Below, in pieces: positions 26,280 to 35,812 of a stretch of 64,000 nucleotides of DNA. The position numbers and the translations under genes are program-made. Location of the stretch: assembly GCA_044376115.1 (NCBI GenBank), contig JBILLK010000008.1, positions 288,001 through 352,000 of the forward strand, read 5' to 3'. Every line of letters begins with the position of its first letter. The first letter of the stretch is position 1. The notes under the pieces are model-generated. The model searched no databases. It saw nothing but the letters and a program-made list of their open reading frames with translations, and was not told the DNA's origin. This stretch comes from Polyangiaceae bacterium. GTDB lineage: Bacteria > Myxococcota_A > Polyangia > Polyangiales > Polyangiaceae.

Positions 26280-29110
26280 CCCTTCGGATTGAAGAGGTCG
26301 TCGAACGCGGCGTCGAACTCATCCCCGCCAACCGCGACCGCCTTGGGTGCAACGCTGGCGTCGATCATGCCCCCCATTCGTCGCTCAAGTCCCGAAATTC
26401 GCTCGGCAACCGACCCACGCGGATCACGGTAGGAAGGGTCGGTTCGAGCGACCAGCTGGAAGTAGTAGACGGCCTGCTCGAGGTTGTTGCGCATCTCGTA
26501 CGCGTTGCCGATCTCGTAGGTGAGCGCCAGCTCTTGGTCTGGCGTCTTTTCATTCGCGTGGAGTCCGCGAATGAACGCATCGATCGCCTGGTCGAGGTTG
26601 CCGTTCGCCAAGTGCAACATGCCGATCATCGACTGGCAGACACACTCACGTGTGGAGTCCCGTGAGGCCAACTCGAACTCGTGAATCGCGTCCTGGATCA
26701 GGCCCATCTCCTTGTAGGCCACACCGAGGTCGTAGTGCGTCGCTGCGTCTCCCTCAGCGATCTGTGCGGCAACGCCTGCTTTGAACTGCTCAAAGACCGC
26801 CTCGACGCTCACCTGGCCGCTGGTATCAGGCGGCTCTTCCACCGGACCAAAGCTCTCCATGGCTTGGTCCATCTCTTCGAGCGCGTGCGCGATATCGTAC
26901 GCCCGATCAACGTGCATCTCACGCGTAGAGGAGGCGCGCGGATGAGCCGTCGAAGGCGCGGCGGCAGGAGCGTTCTCACCGAAGCTCTCGGCGCTTGAAA
27001 GCCGCATTCCCTCGATCTCGCGCTTCTTCTCCAGCAGAAGCGGGTGACTGGGGAGGCGCGCTAGCTGCTCGTTGAGCAGATTGAGCGCTTCATCGAGCAT
27101 CTCGTGCGAGGCGAAGAACTCGATCTCCTCGAGCGCGGCCTCATCCAAACCGAGTGCACCGCCAGAAGATTGGCGTGCCGCCGAGGCAGGCGGCGGGCTC
27201 GTGTCGCGAGCGTCCTCGAGCGGGTACGCGGGGATCCCGAAGCCGGTGTCGTCTGCGCCGAAGGGGTCGTCGAGCTGAATCGGCGGTGCGTTGCCCAGGT
27301 GCGGGAACACGGGCTCAGCGCCGTAGGTCGAGCGCATGGTCGCCACACCGCGGCCCAACAGGCTGTCGGCGGGTGGCAGCTCGTCGGCGGTCAGCTCATC
27401 GAGGTCGTAAGACGGTAGCGGTTGCAGCGGATCGTACGCAGGCACCGAGATCTCAGCGGCGCTCGACTCGGCAGCAGGCCGCTCCGAACCGTCATCCACA
27501 CCCGGCACCGCGTACCCGAGATCGCGAAGCATCGCGAGCGCTCGGCGATTCTGCGTATCGAGCAGCAACACCTCATCGAGCAGGCGCGCCGCTGCGTCAG
27601 GATCTCCCGACTGCACCAAATGAGACGAGAAACTCAGCATCTCGTCGACGGCTGAGTCCTGGGCTCCGGACTCGATCAAGACGTCGCACAACCGTTCCCG
27701 AAGCTCGCGCGAGAGCGGGTAGATCTCGATCGCCCCGCGCAGGTGATTCTCCGCACCGATGTAGTCGGCACGAAGGCGAAGGGCCTCAGCGTGGTTCAGC
27801 TCAACGCGCACCGGATCGGTTTCGATCGGTGGATGCGAGGCCCGCAACGCAAAGGGAGCTTCCTCCACGTCGCCAGAGCCAGGGTCTGGACCGAACTCGA
27901 CTTCTTCCGGCTCGAAGGAGATCTGGGAGTCGAACGCGATCGGCTCGGACTCAACCATCTCGACGGCGTCGTCGACGTCTTCAACGACGATATCCGATTG
28001 CGAGAGCTCAACCGCCGACACCGGGCCGTCCGTCTGCCGCAAGGCGGGCGGGTCATCGCGTCGCGGCGCCTCTTGGATGCGCGGCGCATTGGGCATGCCG
28101 GGGTGCGGCGCATACAACGCGTTCGACGGAGGAGCGACGCTGCCGGCGGGCGGCAAACTAGAAGCCTTCGACTCTGGGCCTCCCGCGCCAAGAGCAACCA
28201 GCTGACGAACGCCCTCGTCGTTGGGAGCACGCTCAACCAGCGTCTTGAGCAGCGCTTGGAAGACGTCGAGCTGACCGCCCTCGCGTGCGATACGGCACGC
28301 TTCCTTTTGAACCTCGACCGACTTTGCGGGCTGACCGAGCGCCTCGAAGGCGCGCGACAACAAGCTCAGCGTCTCCAGATCCCGAGGATTCTCTTTGAAG
28401 GCGATCTGCAGCTTGGTGAGCGCCGCCATCCCGTCTTGCGGCTGGCCCCGCTCGAGATGGATCTCCGCAGCTAGCCGAGCAAAGCGCGCCTCTTGCCGGT
28501 ATTGAAGCAAGCGCTCAACCACCCGCAGCGCGTCGTCGCGACGCCCAATCCTGAGCAAGAGCTCGGCGGCCTCACCGAACTCCACCGAAGCGCCGTCGAA
28601 GTCCCGCACCTTGGCGTAGGCATCGGCGAGACGCAGATGGGAGACGGGGTTCTGCGCATCGAGCGAGACGATCTTCTTGAAGATGTCGATCGCGTCGCGT
28701 TCACGGCCCGCTGTCTGCAGGCGAGCGGCCCACTCGTCGTAGTAGGCCAAAGCATCCGAGCGCAAGTCCAGCTGCGTCAGCAGCTCGGCCAGCTTGGGCA
28801 CGATGTGACCGAAGCGGTCCTCCAGATGCGGCGCGTGTTTCTGGATGATCTCGCGCATTTGCTTGAAGACGGCCACCGCCTTCACGCTGAAACCCTGCAC
28901 CGAGTAGTACTGCGCGACCCGATCGTAGGTAGCGATGGCCTCCGCGAACTGTTGCATTCGCAGGAACAGATCACCCACCTTCAGAAGAGTTCGGACGTCG
29001 TTAGGATCGTCGGCGACTACCTTCTGGTATTCGGCGATAGCCTTGTCGAACCTCTTCTTATCGACGAGCTTCTGGGCTTCTAGGAGGATTTTCTCGCGAT
29101 TGATGGCCAC
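26276..29110 (-). CDS. sgmX: Large TPR protein, SgmX-like (type IV pilus activator in Myxococcus)
   Basis: N-terminal TPR block (DKAIAEYQKV..DP.DVR.LLKVGDL; LQIAFKENPRDLETLSLL), acidic linker, C-terminal THYDLGVAYKEMGL TPRs; architecture recalled from SgmX. Confidence 0.7.
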   Translation of the reverse strand: MAINREKILLEAQKLVDKKRFDKAIAEYQKVVADDPNDVRTLLKVGDLFLRMQQFAEAIATYDRVAQYYSVQGFSVKAVAVFKQMREIIQKHAPHLEDRFGHIVPKLAELLTQLDLRSDALAYYDEWAARLQTAGRERDAIDIFKKIVSLDAQNPVSHLRLADAYAKVRDFDGASVEFGEAAELLLRIGRRDDALRVVERLLQYRQEARFARLAAEIHLERGQPQDGMAALTKLQIAFKENPRDLETLSLLSRAFEALGQPAKSVEVQKEACRIAREGGQLDVFQALLKTLVERAPNDEGVRQLVALGAGGPESKASSLPPAGSVAPPSNALYAPHPGMPNAPRIQEAPRRDDPPALRQTDGPVSAVELSQSDIVVEDVDDAVEMVESEPIAFDSQISFEPEEVEFGPDPGSGDVEEAPFALRASHPPIETDPVRVELNHAEALRLRADYIGAENHLRGAIEIYPLSRELRERLCDVLIESGAQDSAVDEMLSFSSHLVQSGDPDAAARLLDEVLLLDTQNRRALAMLRDLGYAVPGVDDGSERPAAESSAAEISVPAYDPLQPLPSYDLDELTADELPPADSLLGRGVATMRSTYGAEPVFPHLGNAPPIQLDDPFGADDTGFGIPAYPLEDARDTSPPPASAARQSSGGALGLDEAALEEIEFFASHEMLDEALNLLNEQLARLPSHPLLLEKKREIEGMRLSSAESFGENAPAAAPSTAHPRASSTREMHVDRAYDIAHALEEMDQAMESFGPVEEPPDTSGQVSVEAVFEQFKAGVAAQIAEGDAATHYDLGVAYKEMGLIQDAIHEFELASRDSTRECVCQSMIGMLHLANGNLDQAIDAFIRGLHANEKTPDQELALTYEIGNAYEMRNNLEQAVYYFQLVARTDPSYRDPRGSVAERISGLERRMGGMIDASVAPKAVAVGGDEFDAAFDDLFNPKG

Positions 29111-29199
29111 GCAAGTCTCCGCAGACGCGAGCCTCGATACTCTACACGAATCAATGCGCAGGGGTTCCTGTTTCTAACGGGCCCGAGTAGATTCGCCGG

Positions 29200-30645
29200 A
29201 TGACGCGCAGCGCTTCCTACCGAGCTCCGTTTGCCCCGGGAGGCTCTCAAGCGGTCGACCCGGCTACCTGCTCAAAGCTCCTCGAAATTGCACTGTCTCG
29301 CGGCGGAGACTATGCCGACATCTTCTTCGAGTACCGCGCAGGGGGGGGATTTTCATTCGACGAGGGCATCCTGAAGGCCGCTTCCCGTGGAGTTTCCATG
29401 GGGTTGGGCATACGCGTGCAAAAAGCCGCTGCCACCGGCTTCGCCTACACCGAAGACCTCGACTGGGAGTCGATGAAGCGCGCTGCCGAGACCGCCTCTC
29501 AAATCGCGGCAGGTGGCAATGGCGTGAAGGTGAAGTCGCTGGTTCGAAAGGAGACACCCCACCGCTACGAGTTCGAGGCCGTCAGCCTCGATTCCCCGGG
29601 CATCACCAAACGGGCCCTGCTCGAGCGAGCCGCTCAAGCAGCGATGGCCGAGAACCCCAAGATCGTGAAGGCTGAAGCGAGCTTTGCCGAAGAGATCCGC
29701 GAGATCCTGCTCGCGACCAGCGACGGAACGATCGCCTTCGACTCGCAGCCGCTGTTTCGTATGGGCGTTCGGGCGATCGCTGAAGACGGCAGCAAACGGC
29801 AGGAAGGCTCGAGCGGGGGTGGCGGGCGCTTCTCCCTCGCCTACTTCGACGACAAGTCGCCCGAGTTTCACGGTCGCGAGGCTGCACGGCAGGCCCTGTT
29901 GATGTTGGACGCCCGCGAGGCCCCCGCAGGGGAGCTACCCGTCGTCCTTGCACCGGGAGACAGCGGGATCTTGCTTCACGAAGCCGTGGGACACGGGCTC
30001 GAGGCCGACTTCAACCGCAAAGGCACCAGCAACTACTCAGGGCAGATCGGAAACAACGTAGCGAGTGAGCTGTGCACCGTGGTCGACGACGCGTCCCTCG
30101 CTTTTTCGCGTGGCGCCATCAATGTCGATGACGAAGGTGTGGAGCCGGGTCGCAGCGTACTGATCGAGAAGGGAAAGCTCGTCGGCTACATGCACGACAA
30201 GCTCTCCTCGCGACACTTCAAGCTCGCTCCCACGGGCAACGGGCGCCGTGAGAGCTTCTCGTCGATCCCGCTTCCGCGCATGACCAACACCGTCCTCTTG
30301 GCCGGCGAGGACGCTCCGGAAGACATCACGCGCGGAGTCAAGAATGGGATCTTCGCCAAGAAGTTTGGCGGCGGCCAGGTCGACATCTCGAATGGGGACT
30401 TCGTGTTCTCGCTGACCGAGAGCTACCTGATCGAAGACGGCAAGATCACCGCCCCCCTCAAAGGCGTGAACCTGATCGGCAATGGGCCGGAGGTGCTGAG
30501 ACGGGTCAAGAAGCTCGGGCATGATGTCGCCATCAGCGACGGTATTTGGACCTGCGGCAAAGACGGTCAGAGCGTCCCCGTGGGCGTTGGCTGCCCAACC
30601 ATCCTGATCGACCGCATCACGGTCGGTGGCACCAAGATCGGCTAG
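29200..30645 (+). CDS. tldD: TldD metalloprotease
   Basis: HEAVGHGLEADFNRK, PRMTNT, CGKDGQSVPVGVGCPT. Confidence 0.95.
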   Translation: MTRSASYRAPFAPGGSQAVDPATCSKLLEIALSRGGDYADIFFEYRAGGGFSFDEGILKAASRGVSMGLGIRVQKAAATGFAYTEDLDWESMKRAAETASQIAAGGNGVKVKSLVRKETPHRYEFEAVSLDSPGITKRALLERAAQAAMAENPKIVKAEASFAEEIREILLATSDGTIAFDSQPLFRMGVRAIAEDGSKRQEGSSGGGGRFSLAYFDDKSPEFHGREAARQALLMLDAREAPAGELPVVLAPGDSGILLHEAVGHGLEADFNRKGTSNYSGQIGNNVASELCTVVDDASLAFSRGAINVDDEGVEPGRSVLIEKGKLVGYMHDKLSSRHFKLAPTGNGRRESFSSIPLPRMTNTVLLAGEDAPEDITRGVKNGIFAKKFGGGQVDISNGDFVFSLTESYLIEDGKITAPLKGVNLIGNGPEVLRRVKKLGHDVAISDGIWTCGKDGQSVPVGVGCPTILIDRITVGGTKIG

Positions 30646-30682
30646 AGCGCGCTGCGCTGGGAGCTGAAGGAAGGGTGGGCCG

Positions 30683-31387
30683 GTGCTGAGCGCGGCGAGT
30701 CGAGTCAAGTTCGTCGGCGTCCTCGGAGAGCCTAGCCTGCTCGCAAAAGAGGACGGCGCCGCGCACACGTTGCGGCAGCTTGGGGCCTCGGTTCGCACGC
30801 TCGATTTGTGGGGCGATCCGCAGGATCTTTTTGACGCCGTCAGCAAGGAAGCACGCTGCATCGTGATCGACGCGGGCGCGCGCCCTGACGTCGGGGCGCT
30901 GGTGTTGCGGCGGGTTCGCACCGAGCCCGCGTTCATGAATGTCGGCGCAATTTTGGTCGTTGCGCACGAGCAGGTTGGTCGAGTCGAAGCCGACGCTGGC
31001 TTCGATGACTTCGTGCTTTCGCCGCTCTTACCGGCGGAGCTTTATGCTCGCGTGCGCGCGGTCGAATGGCGCCGCAGCGAGTTCACCAACGAAGAGCGGA
31101 TCAAGCTGGGCGCCATCTTCATCGACCGACCTGCTCGCACGGTGACGCACGCGGGAGTGGTGGTGAGCTTGACCGCACGCGAATTCGATCTCTTGGTCTA
31201 TCTCGCAGATCATCGCGGCAAAGTGGTATCGCGCAACGAGCTGCTCAGTCGCGTATGGGGCACCGCGTATGAAGGCGGTGAACGCACGATCGATATTCAC
31301 GTGCGTCGGCTGCGCGCCAAGTTCGGCAACGAGCTTGCGCTAGAAACCTTCCGCGGAGCAGGCTACAGGCTGAGCGCACCGAGATGA
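30683..31387 (+). CDS. OmpR-family wHTH regulator with atypical receiver domain
   Basis: LTAREFDLL..L, RTIDIHVRRLRAK, GAGY; degenerate receiver. Confidence 0.88.
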   Translation: MLSAASRVKFVGVLGEPSLLAKEDGAAHTLRQLGASVRTLDLWGDPQDLFDAVSKEARCIVIDAGARPDVGALVLRRVRTEPAFMNVGAILVVAHEQVGRVEADAGFDDFVLSPLLPAELYARVRAVEWRRSEFTNEERIKLGAIFIDRPARTVTHAGVVVSLTAREFDLLVYLADHRGKVVSRNELLSRVWGTAYEGGERTIDIHVRRLRAKFGNELALETFRGAGYRLSAPR

Positions 31388-32502
31388 CCAAAGCAACGAA
31401 GTCTGCCGCTGGTTCGAAGTCGAAGGCCGTCGCGAGGCCGGTGATCGCCGTGAGCCTCGGCTGCCCAGCCGGGATCGGGCCGGAGGTTGCGCTCGGCGCC
31501 TTTCGGCAGCTCAATGCGCGCGCGAAGGCCAGCAAATCGGCCGCGCCGCGGCTGCTCTTCATCGGCGATCCCAACGTGGTGGATGAAGCCGCGCGTGCGA
31601 CCGGCAGCGCAGAACCCATCTATGTTTGCGACGCTGCGAGCGAGGTCAAGGCGGTGCCCGCCGGTGGCATCGCGGTGTGGGGTGCGAGTGCGCGCGTCGA
31701 TGGTGCGTTCGTCGCGGGGCAACCCAACGCAGCGTGTGGTCGCGCCCAGTTCGCCTGGGTTCGTCAAGCCACGGAGCTCGTGATGGCGGGAGTGTGTGAC
31801 GCGCTCGCGACGGGACCAGTGTCGAAGGCGGCGGTCGCGTCGAGTGGAGCCAAGGGAGCAAAGACCTTTCGCGGCCACACGGAGTACTTGGCTGAGCTCA
31901 CCGGCGCCAAGGAAGTCGTGATGGCGTTTGTTTCGGAGGAGCTCGTCACGGCCCTGGTGACGACGCATCTGCCGCTTTCCAAAGTAGCCAAGAGCATTTC
32001 GCCGGAGCTGGTTTGCGCGACGACGTTCTGGCTCGCGCGGCTGCTTCTGGCGCTCGACTCGAGTCGTGCTCCGCACCTCGCCATCGCTTCGCTCAACCCC
32101 CACGCTGGGGAATCCGGCCTGCTCGGGCGTGAGGAGCTCGACGCAATCACGCCAGGCATTGAGTTGGCTCGCAAGCGACTGCGTCGCGCCAAGCTGAGCG
32201 CCACGCTGACCGGCCCAATCGGTGCGGAGACGGCTTTCCGCAAAGCGAGCTCTCGCTTGGCGCCGCGCAGCTTCGATGGGGTCGTCGCGATGTATCACGA
32301 CCAGGCCACCATCCCCTCGAAGGTGCTTTCTTTTGGGGAGGCGGTGAACGTGACGCTGGGCCTTCCGCTCGTGCGCACGAGCGTTGATCACGGCACCGGC
32401 TATGACGTCGCGTGGCAAGGAACGGCCGATCCGTCGGGCATGGTGGGCGCGATCGAATTGGCGGAGCGGCTGGTGAGCGCGGGCCTGGTGCGGGCGCGCT
32501 AA
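31384..32502 (+). CDS. pdxA: 4-hydroxythreonine-4-phosphate dehydrogenase
   Basis: PAGIGPE, GHTEYL, NPHAGE, AMYHDQ, RTSVDHGT. Confidence 0.95.
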   Translation: MTKATKSAAGSKSKAVARPVIAVSLGCPAGIGPEVALGAFRQLNARAKASKSAAPRLLFIGDPNVVDEAARATGSAEPIYVCDAASEVKAVPAGGIAVWGASARVDGAFVAGQPNAACGRAQFAWVRQATELVMAGVCDALATGPVSKAAVASSGAKGAKTFRGHTEYLAELTGAKEVVMAFVSEELVTALVTTHLPLSKVAKSISPELVCATTFWLARLLLALDSSRAPHLAIASLNPHAGESGLLGREELDAITPGIELARKRLRRAKLSATLTGPIGAETAFRKASSRLAPRSFDGVVAMYHDQATIPSKVLSFGEAVNVTLGLPLVRTSVDHGTGYDVAWQGTADPSGMVGAIELAERLVSAGLVRAR

Positions 32503-32945
32503 CGAGCGCGGGATTCGAGCAGGATCGTCACCGGGCCGTCGTTCATCACCAGCACGCGCATATCCGCTGCAAATCGGCCGGTCTCAACCGGGCGACCGCG
32601 CTCGCGGACCAACGCGACGAAGCGATCGAATAGCGCCCGCGCTTCATCGGGCGCCATTGCGCGAGTGAAGCTCGGCCTATTGCCGCGCGATACATCGCCG
32701 AACAACGTGAACTGCGAAACCAAGAGCAGCGCGCCGCCGACGTCCGTCACGCTCTTCGACATCTTGCCGGTCTCATCGCTGAAGATGCGAAGGTCCACGA
32801 TCTTCTTCGCGAGAAAGCGTGCGTCGTCATCGCTGTCGCCTTGCTCCGCACCGACGAAGCAAACCAAGCCCGACTCGATCGCTCCGACGACCTCGCCCTC
32901 GACGCGCACCTCCGCGGAAAGCACGCGCTGAACGACGGCTCTCAT
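32499..32945 (-). CDS. dtd: D-aminoacyl-tRNA deacylase
   Basis: MRAVVQRV, SQFTL, GNRPSF, NDGPVT. Confidence 0.97.
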   Translation of the reverse strand: MRAVVQRVLSAEVRVEGEVVGAIESGLVCFVGAEQGDSDDDARFLAKKIVDLRIFSDETGKMSKSVTDVGGALLLVSQFTLFGDVSRGNRPSFTRAMAPDEARALFDRFVALVRERGRPVETGRFAADMRVLVMNDGPVTILLESRAR

Positions 32946-33382
32946 CGCCCTAGAGCCGACCGGGCGTCTTTCTTGATCACGGCCGCAGCGAGCTTGGCCG
33001 TCAACGCGAAGTACTCACCGCGCGAGTACGGCTGGTTGAGGATGTGGAAGTCCTTGCCCGTTAGGCCGACGCAGCCGAAACAGTACGTGCAGTTCGAGCA
33101 GTCCACCGAACGCACCAGGTAGCTCGATTTCGAACAACGCTCGCAGGCCTCGCAGTGGGTACAGCCATGCAAGTCTTTGGACGAGCGACAATGAGTCGAG
33201 GCGGACAGTCGCTCGCTATCAACGCAGTAGTGACAGCGCAAAAGCCCCTTCGATCGAACGCAAAAGGTGGACTCGACGCAGCGTTCGCAGTCGGTGCAAG
33301 AAACGCAGCCGGTGTTGTCTACTTCTCCGTCGCTCGCCGCGAGCAACCTGCGAAATTCGGCTTCAAATTCTTGGGGTGTCAC
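32942..33382 (-). CDS. Cysteine-rich short-repeat protein
   Basis: Periodic CxxC/CxxS repeats ending in CTYCFGCVGL..KDFHILNQPYS. Confidence 0.85.
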   Translation of the reverse strand: MTPQEFEAEFRRLLAASDGEVDNTGCVSCTDCERCVESTFCVRSKGLLRCHYCVDSERLSASTHCRSSKDLHGCTHCEACERCSKSSYLVRSVDCSNCTYCFGCVGLTGKDFHILNQPYSRGEYFALTAKLAAAVIKKDARSALGR

Positions 33383-33894
33383 GTCACACCTGGGAGCGCT
33401 TTGACGCGCTTGCGTAGCTCGGCTGCAGCCTGCCGGGTGGCCTGTTCATCCGCAAACTCTTCCAACCTGCGCAGACGTGAATCGAGCACGGTCGCTCGCT
33501 TCGCCGGCTCTTTGTCCAAGATCTGCGCGAGGTTTGACAGTGCTGCTTGCACCCGCGTTTCATCCGAGTGTTCGAGGAGCTGCAGCGCGGTCATCTGGTC
33601 ATCCTGCGGCAACACGAGACCGTGCTCCTCCACCTCGGCAACGATCTTGGAGATCGCCGCTCGTCCTTCCGCTACCGAAAGACGCTCGAGCAAGCGCTCG
33701 AGCAGGACCTCTTTCTCATCGCGGGGCTCCTTCGAGCCGACAACGATGCGTGCAGGCCCCCGAACCCTTCGATCTTGAGGGGCGGCCTCCTGCTGAGGTT
33801 GTTCGGGCTCGGACGGCCGACGAAGCCCAACCACGTCCGGGTTATGCCAGACCTTCGGCGGCTCTCGCCGGATTCTTCGGGGGGGTTTTGCCAT
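33379..33894 (-). CDS. Hypothetical helical (HEAT-like) protein
   Basis: 171-aa ORF with a 4-nt overlap to the next gene. Confidence 0.75.
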   Translation of the reverse strand: MAKPPRRIRREPPKVWHNPDVVGLRRPSEPEQPQQEAAPQDRRVRGPARIVVGSKEPRDEKEVLLERLLERLSVAEGRAAISKIVAEVEEHGLVLPQDDQMTALQLLEHSDETRVQAALSNLAQILDKEPAKRATVLDSRLRRLEEFADEQATRQAAAELRKRVKALPGVT

Positions 33895-33920
33895 AACAAT
33901 CGCTGAGCGGCAGATGGTGG

Positions 33921-34949
33921 TTAGAAGCGCCCCCCGAGAGAGACAAAGCCAGGGGCGACAGCCACTTGCAGGTCAGTCACGCCAGTCTTTTCACTGGCGG
34001 AGACCTCTTCACTTGGTGCGACCGCGAATAGCACGATCCCCGCGGCGCCGACCACTGCGCTTGCGATCGTCAGCCCCGTGGAGATGGTTGCGAACGAAAC
34101 AGCGTCGGCTCGCAGGTCAACGCCTTCCTGCTTCGTACACTGGTTGGTGTCGGCGTTGCAGCCGCCTTCAGGCTCGTTGCTCTGGCTGTAGAGCCCGTTC
34201 GCGTGCATTCCGATGCCAATACCGGCGCCAACTCCGACCACACCGACGATACCGGCGGTGAGCCCAACGATGCGCAAAGGCGACATGAAGTTGCTCTCGG
34301 TCGCTTGCTTGCCCGCCCCGGGATTGCCCGGGTCAACCGGCTTCTGCGGCTCCGGGTCAGTCCCCGCCGGTTGCTCGGCCCCCAACTCCACCTGGAGCTT
34401 CGCCTTGTCGCCATCATTGATCGTGAGCTTCTTTTCCCAGGTCGCACGGTTGGTCGCCGAGACGCTGATCACGTGCTCGCCCTTGTCGATCGACAGAGCC
34501 AGACCAACCTCCTCGTCGCTGATCACTACGCCGTCACGCTTCAAGACGAAGCCCGGCGCCGCCTTCACCTCTGCGGGAACCTCAACCGAGAGGGTGGCCA
34601 AGCGCGGCTTGAGCGCTGCGGCTTTCTCAGCAGCCGCGCTTGCACGCGTGGTGTCCCCCTGCGCGCGAGCGGCTCCCTCGGCGGTAATGAAGGCGCCGTA
34701 CGCACTCGCGAGCCGACCTGCAGCTTCATAACAGGCCGCCAGATCCACTTTCGCGCCAATGCCGGTTGGAACCTTGGCCACGACCCGCTCTAGCTTTGGG
34801 CAGGCGTCAGTAAACTTCCCGTTTTGATAGTCCTTCATCGCTTCGTCGTAGAGCGTTTGCGCGACAGCCGTGTCGCGTGCGTCCTGAGCGAAGAGCGTGG
34901 CCGGGGAGCCTAGAGCAGCGGACAAAACCAGGGCTGAAAGGAGTCGCAT
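33921..34949 (-). CDS. Secreted TPR plus PEGA-like domain protein
   Basis: Signal peptide, ACPKLE...LAACYE..GRLASA motif typical of myxobacterial TPR-PEGA proteins, C-terminal GGRF. Confidence 0.8.
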   Translation of the reverse strand: MRLLSALVLSAALGSPATLFAQDARDTAVAQTLYDEAMKDYQNGKFTDACPKLERVVAKVPTGIGAKVDLAACYEAAGRLASAYGAFITAEGAARAQGDTTRASAAAEKAAALKPRLATLSVEVPAEVKAAPGFVLKRDGVVISDEEVGLALSIDKGEHVISVSATNRATWEKKLTINDGDKAKLQVELGAEQPAGTDPEPQKPVDPGNPGAGKQATESNFMSPLRIVGLTAGIVGVVGVGAGIGIGMHANGLYSQSNEPEGGCNADTNQCTKQEGVDLRADAVSFATISTGLTIASAVVGAAGIVLFAVAPSEEVSASEKTGVTDLQVAVAPGFVSLGGRF

Positions 34950-35038
34950 CGCGGGGGAGTCTAGCGAAGTTTTCGTCGAAGTAGACACTTCATCGCCCAG
35001 ACTTCCCGTCTCACGAATTGTCGGGTAGAGGTCCGTGC

Positions 35039-35812
35039 ATGTCGGTCCCGCGACGGCTCTCGACGCGCGTGCTGGCGCAAACCCCGTGGCTGAGCCTGCT
35101 GGCTCATGACGTGGAGGATCGGCCCGGCTCCTCCCGCGAGGTCAACACGCTGAAGTTTCCCGATTGGGTGGTGGCCACAGCCCGAACTACCGAAGGGCGC
35201 TGGGTCTTGGTGCGGCAGTTTCGTCACGGGATCGAGGGCATGACGATTGAGCCGGCCGGCGGCATCATCGACGACGGGGAGGCGCCGCAAGAGGCCGCCG
35301 TCCGGGAGCTGATGGAGGAGACCGGCTACGGGGGAGGCCGCATCACGCCGCTCGGAGCTGCACATCCCAACGCCGCACTCTCGGCGAATCGCGTGCACTA
35401 CTTCTTCATCGATGAGGTTCAGAAGCTCGCAGAGCCCGAGCAAGCGCCCGATGAGCTTACCGAGGTGCTCCTATTAAGCGATGAAGAAGTGGAGCTTGGG
35501 CTCGATAGCGGCACGTTCTCCCATGCGTTGGGAATGCTTGCGTTGATGCGAGCTCGAGGTGTCGTGTCGCGCAGAGGCCACCTCGCGACCTTGCTCAAGC
35601 TGGAGGAGCATCAGCTGGGCCGCGTGCGGGCTCTCGCGCAGCGCTTGCGGCCGGACCTAACGGCCGAAGACCTGCAAAGCCCGCACGATTTTCCAGAATT
35701 GGACGATCCGGACTGGCATTTTGAAGACGGCCAACTCGCCGGAATCAAGGCGGCGAGGATCGCACTGGCCCGTTCGCTCGACGTGTTCGATGGTTCGCCG
35801 AGTGCTCACTAA
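35039..35812 (+). CDS. NUDIX hydrolase with fused C-terminal domain
   Basis: Nudix box GIIDDGEAPQEAAVRELMEETG; extra ~70-aa C-terminal domain. Confidence 0.88.
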   Translation: MSVPRRLSTRVLAQTPWLSLLAHDVEDRPGSSREVNTLKFPDWVVATARTTEGRWVLVRQFRHGIEGMTIEPAGGIIDDGEAPQEAAVRELMEETGYGGGRITPLGAAHPNAALSANRVHYFFIDEVQKLAEPEQAPDELTEVLLLSDEEVELGLDSGTFSHALGMLALMRARGVVSRRGHLATLLKLEEHQLGRVRALAQRLRPDLTAEDLQSPHDFPELDDPDWHFEDGQLAGIKAARIALARSLDVFDGSPSAH

